From positions 2,993,073-3,027,212 of the forward strand of contig NC_068996.1 in NCBI RefSeq assembly GCF_001194135.2: a stretch of 34,140 nt of DNA. Direction: 5' to 3'. The notes beneath the pieces are model-generated. The model was not told where the DNA came from. It made no database searches and saw only the letters and a program-made list of their open reading frames with translations. The DNA is from Octopus bimaculoides. Its lineage: Eukaryota. This document shows, piece after piece, positions 22,083 to 34,140 of this stretch. The translations under genes were made by a program, and so were the position numbers. How positions within the stretch are numbered: position 1 is the stretch's first letter; the number at the start of each line of letters is the position of its first letter.

Positions 22083-25000
22083 TATTATCATGTTTGTTTG
22101 TGAGGGTGTCTTGCTGTGCTTGTTCCTGTTTGGCTGACAACTTAGCAGTTCGATAAGATATCGATAGAATAGGTACTAGACTTCAAATAAAAACGGGGTC
22201 GAATTGATCAACACTTTAAACTAGTCCTCCTGCTGTTCAAAGATTATATTATGTATTTTGTAGTATGCCACTGTGTAGCCTACTACTTACACACCATACA
22301 TGTATGCACATACACATATATACGCTTTCAGATGCTCTAGTAACCTCATATTCTCTTCTATCCTTTTGCCTGTCAATTTGCGCGCGCGTGCACACATAAA
22401 CACACACATACACCTACACCTACACACATTCCCTACAAACTCATGCTCCCTACACACGCACTTTTACACATGCTCACAGTCACACATTAATACGCATGAT
22501 GATTTTATCCCCTCTCTTGTGTCTCTCCCTCTTCCTCTATCCCTCTTCACCTCTCACTCCCTCATTCTCACCCCGCTCTTTTACTTTCATAAACTCACTG
22601 CTTTTCTTAAAACTTGGGGTAGTCTCTCTTTTTCCCTTTTCCCTCTCCCTCCCACTTCCACTCTTACTTTCCCTTTCTCCCATTCGCTTTGCTTCTCCTT
22701 TCTTTCTTTTTTATAGAGGTTCTAACACACACACACACACACACACACACTTATAAGCAAGATTCAGTTGAATTAGGTACTTAAACTGAGGCACCTCGTT
22801 AGGTCGAAATAATATACACACACCACAACATTGTGTAAATATCAAACTTGGTGCATAAGTACCGGCCGAAAGATATTCATGCAATGTATGCACACAATTA
22901 CACCCAGCTGAGTGAAGAAACCCAGTCTTGAGCTATTCAAACATGTACACTATATTAAATATACTGTCTATAATATTTATGAAAAGCAGATTCTGAGACA
23001 GGTGGATAAAATATGAATGAGAAACAATAGAGGTACAGATGTCAATCCATTACGGCCTTTTTTTCTAATGAGTCCTTTAATTGATTACTGAGGACATTAC
23101 ATCATTATAAAGAAGCTGTTTCCGTCAGATGAATTCATGAACTTCAAAATTAAAGACTTTCAAAATGATTTAACGTTGTTTAAAATCCGTGGAGCAAACC
23201 TTTACAGTGATTCAGCTGCTATTTCAGTTTCAGGATTCTATCAACATACATACATACATACACACATACATACATACATACATGCATACACACATACATA
23301 CATACACACATACATACATGCATACATCACATACATACATACATACACACATACATGCATACACACATACATACATACATACAGACATACAAACATACAT
23401 ACATACATATATGCATACTTACATACATAGATGGATTCATATATAAGCACATACGAACAGGGATGCCTATATAAACGCATACATACACACGTGTATCCAC
23501 GACCACGAAGTAGATTCTGTTCTTTGATTAGACACCATGTCCTTCAGCAAGCACTTCATTTCACATTGTTCTGGACATTTCATAACATTTGGTCATAAGA
23601 AATTCTTTCTTTTTATTAACGCTTTAAAACTCTTCTCAAATTCTATTGTTGAAAATTTCTTTCCTTCATTTCGATTTTTTTTGTATCCTGAATAAAATCG
23701 CCAAATGTACATCGAAATTCATTATTGTTCTGAAAATAATAATTTTGTTGAATAATTTCTTCATCTTTGGCATGTATAGGCATTTTTGCTCTACCTGTTG
23801 ACTGGTAAGAACTCCACTTGTCGATGATAAAAAGGAAAAAAAAAAAAATCTTTACTTTTCTATTAGAAATAAAAGTTTTACTTACTTCGAATACAGTTTG
23901 ATGTATCTATGCATCTGTATATATACAAGTATAGGTATATGTATGTATAACGTAATTACTTATGTGTACGTATGTGTACGTGTACATATGTGTATGGGCA
24001 TGCATATATTCAAGTATATATGTATTTATACGAATACATACATTCATACATATAACAGTTTACATACATTCATGCATACACATTCATGGATACATACATT
24101 CATACATAGATACATACTTGTCTGCATATATATATCTTAACACACACAAGTATAAATATATGTGTACATATGTATGTACGTATGTATGTACGTATGTATG
24201 TATGCATGTATGTATGTATGTATGTATGTATGTATGTACGTACGTGTGTATGTATGTATGTATGTGTGTATGTATGCATGTGTGTATGTATGTATGTATA
24301 TATGTATGTATGTATGTGTGTATGTATCTATGTGTGTGTGTATGTTTTGATGTATGTATGCATGCTTGTACATATATATTTACATTTATATACAAAAAAT
24401 AGTTTGTAAAGTATTTCATAAGCAAAATTGAGAATATTTTGTACGTTCCGTATGTATATATGTATATGCATATATACATGCATACTTAAATATTTACATA
24501 TATCAGCTTCTGACACCAAGAAGGGTTTGTATATAATATAAGCAGAAATAGGTAAAGGAACGAAGTAGTTACATCGTATATCAAAGAAAATAAATGTCTA
24601 AGAAAGTTTGTAAAAATATCCTTTTAACACTCTACTACAGGAATATAATTTAAGGATTCTTAAATACATGCTAGAATAGACACGTATGAACTTATGCAAT
24701 AATTTCAGTTTACAAACGGACACGCATGCACGCACACACGAACACACACACATGCGCGTGTGTGCATGCGTGTGTTTGTGTGTACACACATATACATATA
24801 CATACATGCCCTCCGTATATGTGTGTGCGTGCATATATATATATATANNNNNNNNNNNNNNNNNNNNNNNNNNNNNNNNNNNNNNNNNNNNNNNNNNNNN
24901 NNNNNNNNNNNNNNNNNNNNNNNNNNNNNNNNNNNNNNNNNNNNNNNNNNNNNNNNNNNNNNNNNNNNNNNNNNNNNNNNNNNNNNNNNNNNNNNNNNNN

Positions 25001-25934
25001 NNNNNNNNNNNNNNNNNNNNNNNNNNNNNNNNNNNNNNNNNNNNNNNNNNNNNNNNNNNNNNNNNNNNNNNNNNNNNNNNNNNNNNNNNNNNNNNNNNNN
25101 NNNNNNNNNNNNNNNNNNNNNNNNNNNNNNNNNNNNNNNNNNNNNNNNNNNNNNNNNNNNNNNNNNNNNNNNNNNNNNNNNNNNNNNNNNNNNNNNNNNN
25201 NNNNNNNNNNNNNNNNNNNNNNNNNNNNNNNNNNNNNNNNNNNNNNNNNNNNNNNNNNNNNNNNNNNNNNNNNNNNNNNNNNNNNNNNNNNNNNNNNNNN
25301 NNNNNNNNNNNNNNNNNNNNNNNNNNNNNNNNNNNNNNNNNNNNNNNNNNNNNNNNNNNNNNNNNNNNNNNNNNNNNNNNNNNNNNNNNNNNNNNNNNNN
25401 NNNNNNNNNNNNNNNNNNNNNNNNNNNNNNNNNNNNNNNNNNNNNNNNNNNNNNNNNNNNNNNNNNNNNNNNNNNNNNNNNNNNNNNNNNNNNNNNNNNN
25501 NNNNNNNNNNNNNNNNNNNNNNNNNNNNNNNNNNNNNNNNNNNNNNNNNNNNNNNNNNNNNNNNNNNNNNNNNNNNNNNNNNNNNNNNNNNNNNNNNNNN
25601 NNNNNNNNNNNNNNNNNNNNNNNNNNNNNNNNNNNNNNNNNNNNNNNNNNNNNNNNNNNNNNNNNNNNNNNNNNNNNNNNNNNNNNNNNNNNNNNNNNNN
25701 NNNNNNNNNNNNNNNNNNNNNNNNNNNNNNNNNNNNNNNNNNNNNNNNNNNNNNNNNNNNNNNNNNNNNNNNNNNNNNNNNNNNNNNNNNNNNNNNNNNN
25801 NNNNNNNNNNNNNNNNNNNNNNNNNNNNNNNNNNNNNNNNTGTGTGTGTGTGTGTGTGTGTGTATGCGCGTGTATGTGAATACACACAAACACACATATA
25901 TGTTGTTGTCCTAAGGAACGCCAGTTAGCATGAT

Positions 25935-26870
25935 GTAGGCATACCTTGCTCTTACTCGAGGCAGAGAGGGCGGAACTTTTATCGCTCTGCAGTAGGGCCG
26001 ATTTCTGGTGTTTGTATAGCTAGAAATGCCAAAGTTTGGTGCCAGTCACTCCGCCCCGGGGATTTTTCTGATGTATGTGACCGCACGTTATTCTCTTCAT
26101 TCCGGGGGATATAGTATTAACGCTTTCAACCTCTGCCAATAACTCAGCTGGTGCTGAGAAGCAATCATTCTTGTGTAGGCTCTTTGGATTGCCTACAATT
26201 CAGTAATGAATTTGGCACTCAATCACAGCTAGGAGCGATAACGTAGGCGACGGAGATCGAATGTCATCCAGAGAGTAGCTATGGCATCTTATGCTCTTCT
26301 TCTGAATGTTCTTAGGTACCGCAAATGTTTTACTGGATTTTGCCATTTTTGTGCCATACGAATGGGAAAATGTCTCATTACTCATTACAATACTCCCTTT
26401 TTGCGCAGCTTCTGACTGGTATAGCAATCTTTCCAGATATTATCTATCCAAATAGTCATGTGGTTGAATGCTGATAGCAAAGTATATGAAACCTCTCTTC
26501 ATTACACTAGCAAATTTCTTTTGTAGCTTTTAGTATAATCGTAGATTTCGTTATCTTTGATATCGCAGTATCGTCAGTGAAACGAGAGTTACGCTGACAG
26601 CCGAATATAATTCCGAGGAGCTGTGTTAACATTAATGATTCCAAGGCAGTCCTTTATGCTGATTCTTCACGCTGAATTGCTCATTCATTATATTAGACAC
26701 TTTTGGCTGCCACAATGCTTTGTTTTTATGAAGTCATGCTGTCCATCACCCTACTATTTTAGGGTCATGTGGTTTTATGATCCTGTGATCATCCTGTGAT
26801 CATCCTTTTATTGAAAGCGTTTAGCGCTAGTCAATCAGGCCATTGACAAGAATGGCCCAAGTCAGAGTTT
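25935..26870 (-). mobile_element. CR1-like LINE reverse transcriptase 3' region, decayed
   Basis: FTDDT catalytic-motif remnant at 26567-26581, then ...LSYWQRLKALILYP...NFGISSYTNTRN; many stops and frameshifts. Confidence 0.75.
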
Positions 26871-27604
26871 TCTGTTTAACATTTGTCATCCATCCAATCT
26901 GTCAGCCATATGTATTTCATCATCGATGACTTCAATTTTTTTTCGTCTGACACTTCGCTGTTTCTATAATTTTAATTCGCTTCTGTCAACTCTTGACAGT
27001 TTTATGAAAACTTCTTTTCCCATCTCTCTTACACCCCCAAGAAACTTTAAATACTCCCGCCTTACATTTGTACCGTCATCTCTTGTAGTACTTTGATGAT
27101 TTGGCCTGGAGCTCAACTCAAGGTCACTGACCTTGTGCCTCCAACAACCTCGTATATTTTATCGCGTGTAAAATTATAATTCACTCTATGTGGGGTAAAC
27201 TTATTCAGAGGAATGCTTTCACAGACACCAGCATGATGTTTGTAGTAAATCCCACCCAGCAAAATCAACGACAACAACAAACATCTACAACACTGTATGC
27301 TGCCTCTTTAATCAGTCTAATCTTTCCATAATCATTTCTCTGAGTGTGGAGTTACCTTACATCACAGTCATATCCTCGCTCGGAGAGGAAAAAAGACTCT
27401 AATATTCACCTTAATCTGTTCTTCACACACAAGCATTAAAGGACGGCTGTTTTTCTCGTAATACGCGCATTCAAGTGAGTGCGTAATGTGTGTTTATGTG
27501 TGTATATATGCATGCATGTATGTATGTATGTATGTATGTATATGAGTATCTTCACGTGTGAATATAACTCTTTCTGAATATGCATGTATACATGTACATA
27601 TATG

Positions 27605-27832
27605 TAGGATCAACGGCGCTTCCCAAGCCAAAAGCTCATAAGGCCTGTTTCCCGGATTCTGTGGCGTATACATATTCCCCGCCGAACTACTCATTTTTGG
27701 CTGCTGAGTGGACAGGAACAGCATGAAAAGAAGTGTTTTGCTCAAGAACAGAACGCATCACCCCGTCAGGAATCGAAACTACAAATTTACGACCATGAGT
27801 GCAACATCCTAACCACTAAGCTACGCACCTTC
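27605..27832 (-). mobile_element. tRNA-derived SINE family D
   Basis: Minus head GGTGCGTAGCTTAGTGGTTAGG (A box) and GTTTCGATTCC (B box), then GTTCTTGAGCAAAACACTT central block; a related fragment lies near 23535-23575. Confidence 0.75.
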
Positions 27833-27892
27833 AGACACACANNNNNNNNNNNNNNNNNNNNNNNNNNNNNNNNNNNNNNNNNNNNNNNNNNN

Positions 27893-27940
<48 letters not shown>

Positions 27941-27945
27941 ACACG

Positions 27946-27981
<36 letters not shown>

Positions 27982-30534
27982 ATACATAAGACATACATAC
28001 ACGCGTGTGCTCACACACACATACATACACATATATATTTATAAGGTTGCTGCTTCTACGCAGTTTTCCGTTTTCCTTTCCAATGTGCTGGTTGACGCGG
28101 ATTATACAGCAGAAGACATTTACCTAAGGTACTGTGTGTGTTATAGGACGGAATCTGAAAACATATGTTTGTAAAACAAGTTGTTAACCACATAAGTTAT
28201 AAGTGTGCTTAAAAGCGTGTAACTGTCTTCAAGTCTTTTAGACAATGCACTTAGTCCCTGTTACATGTTTGTACTCTACGTTCCTTGCTATTCTCCTTCC
28301 TCCTAATGGTAGTCTACTACATTTTTTTCCATTCTTTACATACTTTAACAATTTCCAACTTTTCTGTTCATCCTGGTTTGTTATTTTTTCCAATTTAGTT
28401 GCTTTTTTAAAATAAGAACCTTGTGCGGCCCTATTAACGTGTACACTCATCTCCTCTTTGACCCTCTGTCAATTTCTGTATAACATTCTCCTTTTTCTTG
28501 ACCAACTTTCTCTCTTTTTCTTCTTCCCAAAACAAAATTCAAAATAGTCATTCAAAATTCTAGAGAAAGAAGAGAGTTGTTAAAACGTTTTTATCATCAC
28601 ATACTGGAACATTAAATCTATTTATAAAATGAATCTGAACTTTTGCACCATAACATACATACATACATACATGCATACATATGCGTGTATGTATGAATGC
28701 ATGTGCGTTTGTTTGTATGTATATATATATANNNNNNNNNNNNNNNNNNNNNNNNNNNNNNNNNNNNNNNNNNNNNNNNNNNNNNNNNNNNNNNNNNNNN
28801 NNNNNNNNNNNNNNNNNNNNNNNNNNNNNNNNNNNNNNNNNNNNNNNNNNNNNNNNNNNNNNNNNNNNNNNNNNNNNNNNNNNNNNNNNNNNNNNNNNNN
28901 NNNNNNNNNNNNNNNNNNNNNNNNNNNNNNNNNNNNNNNNNNNNNNNNNNNNNNNNNNNNNNNNNNNNNNNNNNNNNNNNGCGTAATGAACAAAACAAAT
29001 GAATTTAATATAGATTCATCCTATTTTTAAAAAATATCGAAGAAAACCTTAAATAGAAAAATGGTTTTGAATAATGTAGAGTTAGCGGATTTATTCTTAA
29101 AATGAAGAAAAAAAAAAGAACCCCCCCCCCCCCAAAAGTCGTGGTAGGAATGCTTTCACCAGAGATTTCCATCATGACAAACTTTAAGCTGAACAGTTGC
29201 AGCAGACTAAGTAACCAAAATTCGGCACCGCCTCTAATTATTGCTTTTTTAAAAAAAGCCGCCGCATGAAACATAACTCTCCTTTCATGGAACACCTATT
29301 CAATTTTTATATTTTATCAGCCCTAAATAATTCCGTCAAGCCACTGATTCACGCCATTGCAGCCCACTTAGATATATGTGAACTATTTCTTTGTAGCGGG
29401 TAACTTGATTTCAACACTTATAAGTGACAAAGGAAAAAACGGTTCAGCATACTGCTTTGCTTGAAATTATGATATTCACGACATTAGCTCCTATGAGAAC
29501 TTAGAAACGAAATGCTGCACTAGTATTTTATTCTGTCCTATAGAACACACATATTATCAATCATTCTGTGCCTATATGTGAACTTTTGTTTAGGCCCTAA
29601 CCCACTCCAAAGCAACACACAATACAAAAAGAAAAAAAAGGAAAAGAAAAAAAAAAGGGAAATTTTATCGCAAATGTGAAATAATTCGATATTCTCCTTT
29701 CAGGGTTCATAAAACGTTACCTTTCTCGACTTATGTACAATTCTGACATGTTCTTATATCGATCATTGTTACTATCCCATCCTTCCAAACACACACTTTC
29801 TTCTTATATTATCTAGTATTTTATTTCTTTCGTATCACAACTGATGAACAATAGCACCATTGGTTATAGATTTTCAATGGACTCAACATTATGTGTCTAA
29901 CAGCTCCAGTCACGATGGAAGGGGCTGTAATTCACAGGACTTTGCTTCAAAAGGACTTGGTTTTTGATTTTCTCGAAGATGTTTACACCTTTCACTTACA
30001 CACACGCACGCGCACGAACACATATGTACATGCTACTACAGTGGCAGTGAGTGCTCAACACAGCATTAATGGACAAAAACTCTTTATTTGTGGGTTAAAA
30101 CGACTACCAATGGTTTCGAGTAAAAAGATTTCGCAATTGTTCAAGTGTATCACATAGAAATGTCGGTAATCATATCCACTATGGATGAAAATACATGAAG
30201 TTATACGAGACTGTTCAGGATTTCGAAATAAATGAATAAAAATATATACAGATCACGGAAAGTAACTTATAAGGAAATCTTGATTGTTGTCTTGCTTGCA
30301 TTAGCCCTTACAGTCTTGTGTAACTACATATATTCTCATCCCAAATGAAGACGGGTACTAAAGTTTACATTTGGTATGCTTCAGGCAACTGTAAAAATCT
30401 CTCTTTACATGGAACCACTGGTAACCATGTAAACCCATAAGAATATGTATATATATAAAATATACATTCTTATATACGTACATATATGCATACACACACA
30501 CACACACACACACATGATAAGTATATTTGATATC

Positions 30535-30898
30535 GTAGTACTCCGTCGCTTACGACGACGAGGGTTCCAGTTGATCCGATCAACGGAACAGCCTGCTCGT
30601 GAAATTAACGTGCAAGTGGCTGAGCACTCCACAGACACGTGTACCCTTAATGTAGTTCTTGGGAAGATTCAGCGTGACACAGAGTGTGACAAGGCTGAAG
30701 TATAGGTACAACAGAAACAGGAAGAAAGAGAAAGTTGTGGTGAAAGAGTACAGCAATGTTCACCCCCCCCCACTGCCGGACCCTTATGGCGCTATAGGTG
30801 TTTTCGCTCAATAAACACACACCATCCGGTCTGAGAATCGAAACCACGATCCACGACCGTGAGTCCGCTACCCTAACCACTGGGCCATTGCACGTCCA
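30535..30898 (-). mobile_element. tRNA-derived SINE family A with intact target-site duplication
   Basis: Colinear with 4343-4713; flanked by identical AGTATATTTGATAT at 30520-30533 and 30898-30911. Confidence 0.9.
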
Positions 30899-31055
30899 GT
30901 ATATTTGATATATTGCTACCATAAAGTGCGCAGTCAGAGAAAAATTCTAGCTGTTGTTTTCAGAGAGGCGTATTTTCTCAAGACAAAAAGCCAAAATACA
31001 TCCAATTATACGCGCGCGCGCGTATCGTTTACCAATGCATACATGCGTGCGTACA

Positions 31056-31102
<47 letters not shown>

Positions 31103-31698
31103 TTTTACAGGTGTAAAAATGCGTCGAAAGAATTTCAGTGATTTTTAACAAAAAAATTTCGTTCATACCATTTTCTATCATTTATCTAATTATATAAACT
31201 TTAAGGATTCTATGAGATTCCTGACGTATTTCCAGTACAAGAAGCATTCTCACTGTTTGATGACATCAGGTAGCCGATAACGGTAAACGAACTTTGCATA
31301 GCATTCTACAAAATTTTTATTAATTTTATATAACCATTTAACATTGTCCCGAAACAGATCAAAAAGGAAAAGGATCCGATCACCATTAAACGGAATCTGG
31401 ACAAATTTCTTTAAGGATTAGCAAATAAGCCACCTATGCCTGGATACAACTTAGTCAACGAGAACTCCCTACTCAAATGGACCATGATACCACAAAACTT
31501 GACTTAAAAAGGATTTAGATAATACTATCAGGTGGTGCTCTTAAGTTAGATATGGCCTGGGTCAATCTTTGGTTGAAACATGTTTAAGTTATATATATAT
31601 ATATATATTGGAAGGTTTGGAGGTGATGTACAGAAATTATATAGTAAAAAATTAAGGTACTCAGAAATCTCAGATTTCTGAGTTCCTTAATTTTTTTC

Positions 31699-31766
<68 letters not shown>

Positions 31767-32231
31767 TATGCGCGTGTATGAATGTACGTATGTGTGTATG
31801 TAGGTTGGTAGGTATGCAGTATACTTGCAAGCTATTTCCGGTCAAGCCTTGGCTGTGGTAGAAAAGACCCAAGGCATTACGCAGTGAGATCAGGACCGGA
31901 ACTAGGCGGTTAAAAAGTGAACTTGCTAACCCTACATCTTGCCTGCGGCCAACACCATCTCTGCTTGACTAGACATTTGTTTTCTAAAGACGCTAGTCAA
32001 CGCGATAAATATTTAATACATTCAATCTGTAATTAACCCAAACTTCGAATTACAATTAAGAAACCCACACGCGCGCGCGCGCACACGTACGGAAAAGAAA
32101 ATAATATATACGCGCATGCACCCACACCCAAGTACAAGCTTGTACACTGCTGTATATAGTAAAGACAAGTATATAATTAAGTATCTTTAATTACAAATAC
32201 CTATGTGTGTGTGTGTGTATATATATATATA

Positions 32232-32334
<103 letters not shown>

Positions 32335-33194
32335 GCATACATATATACATACATACATACTTACATATATACACATATATATATATATGTATGAATGTAT
32401 GTATGTATGTAGTTATGCATATATGTATATTTATACGACGGTTTGGATACATACATAGGCTTTTTTGTGTTTGGTTGCATCTGTGCAAATTTTCAAGTTT
32501 ATTGAAAATTTTAAAATTTGGTGTATTGATGTAATTTTCCACGCTGAATATTAGGAGGTAATTCACTTTTTCTAGAAAAAAAAATTTTTTAAATAAGATA
32601 CAGATGTTCAAATTTTGGTAATTTGTACCCAGTCAGAAAACAGGAATAGGAAGCTATCATTTTGCACGTGTTGTCAACTGTAAACAAAAGAAATATTTGT
32701 GGGGTTCTGCTTTGCGCGTACCATGTCACTTTTTTTTTTTGCACTATTCAGAAATTTTTTGTGAATTTGTATTCTACACACAGTACTTCATACGATCATG
32801 CAAAACACAAAAGAAAATAGATTTTCGTGCGTGATTTAAGGCCTATTTAGCTGTCATTTTTAGCTAATCTCATGATCACCTCATACCGCATGTTTTAAGC
32901 ATTTGACGAGCTTCAAAAAGAACACGTGGTTAAGCAGCTTGGTGACAACTTGGCTTGTTACCATGGAAATAGATACCTATATGTTTGTGGCTTTCGATTG
33001 GCTAAAATTAGCCAAAACTTTAAAAGCTATTAACTCTTATTTATTTATGCCGAAAATGCATTTCATGACAACAGTTACAAAACTACTCCAATATGCCAAA
33101 CATGAAATCAATTGGAACAAAAATTAAAGAAATTGAAGTGACAGTCAAACAGAAAAGATCCCATATACGGTGTGTGTGTGTGTGTGTGTGTGCA

Positions 33195-33238
<44 letters not shown>

Positions 33239-33619
33239 CATATCAATGCACATAAACACAGATACATAACTACATGCCCTTACACAGACGCATATGTGTG
33301 GGCATGTGTGTATGTATGCATGTGTGCATATGTGCGCGTGTGTAAGAGAGTGAGTACGTGCTCGTGTCTAAACTGGTTAGCTTGTTATTTATGACAAGAA
33401 CTCTCCAAGTTTGAATTGTGAACTCTTCGCCCTCAATGCACGATAATTATATAAGAATTATATAATTATAGTCAATTGCTACTAGAGTACTATTGTTTCG
33501 TCTACACACACACACACATACATATATACATATATACATATGTACATACATACATACATACATACATATATTTATACTTACATACATACGTGTGTGTATT
33601 TGTGCATACATACATATAC

Positions 33620-33676
<57 letters not shown>

Positions 33677-33785
33677 ATAACACATACACGCACACACGTT
33701 TATTTATCCTTCCCTCCATCCATCCATCCATCCACCTATCTATCTATCTATCTACCTATCTACCTACCTATCTATCTATCTATTT

Positions 33786-34140
33786 GTCGGTCCGGTTGAG
33801 ATGCTCGAGGTCTGGTTTGGTCCAGACCTCCAAACAGAGAAGAACTGGGACGAGATAACGAGAAGGGTGGCCACTCTAGCTCGGCAATGGGCCGAGAGGA
33901 AGCTTTCCCTGAAAGGTCGGGCGGAGGTGGCGAACACGTACATCGCGTCCGTCATCTACTACCGCCTGACCGTCGTTCCTTGTCCCGACCCTACCATCAC
34001 CAAACTGGAGCGCATCCTCTTCCGCTTCTTGTGGAAAGGAAGCGTTCCGATGGTTAGGCGATCCGTTTGCTGCCAACACCCGTTAAAAGGAGGACTGGGC
34101 ATGCCGTGGTTGATGATGCGCAGACACGCGCTGAGACTGC
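33786..34140 (+). mobile_element. Tx1/L1-clade LINE ORF2 (post-RT region), 5'-truncated, runs off window
   Basis: Stop-free 118 codons: ...WAERKLSLKGRAEVANTYIASVIYYRLTVVPCP...FRFLWKG...HPLKGGLGMPWL..., matching the L1/Tx1 LS..GR...N...FLW.G...GGLG pattern; abrupt GC rise after (TCTA)n. Confidence 0.85.

Noticed and set aside
27770-27832. tRNA-like sequences here and at 4650-4713 and 30835-30898
   Set aside because: SINE heads: they continue into SINE bodies and no complete cloverleaf is evident.
29838-29880. CTGATGA box
   Set aside because: No GAAA partner or stem II at a suitable distance.

Overview
Eukaryotic, AT-rich, microsatellite-saturated DNA with seven N gaps. The repeat families and assembly style point to an octopod cephalopod such as Octopus; this is inference from recalled repeats, not a database hit. 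The only supportable host gene is the first core coding exon of a fibroblast growth factor (FGF) gene on + (about 7797-7995, ending at a canonical phase-1 GTGAGT donor). No second FGF exon was found, so the remaining 26 kb is probably one large intron. It holds a decayed full-length mariner with TIRs, fragments of R4/Dong, RTE, CR1 and Tx1/L1 non-LTR retrotransposons, several tRNA-derived SINE families and a small MITE. Features no ORF or repeat list explains: (i) three hammerhead-ribozyme-like motifs within 2.7 kb (11018-11057 +, 12546-12595 -, 13620-13701 -), all imperfect; (ii) a 427-bp fold-back palindrome with almost transition-only arm divergence; (iii) a 157-bp near-perfect hairpin built from one of the hammerhead motifs; (iv) a polyP/polyQ ORF upstream of the FGF exon that a single-base change would fuse to it. 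Almost all ORFs in the supplied track are microsatellite or gap artefacts.
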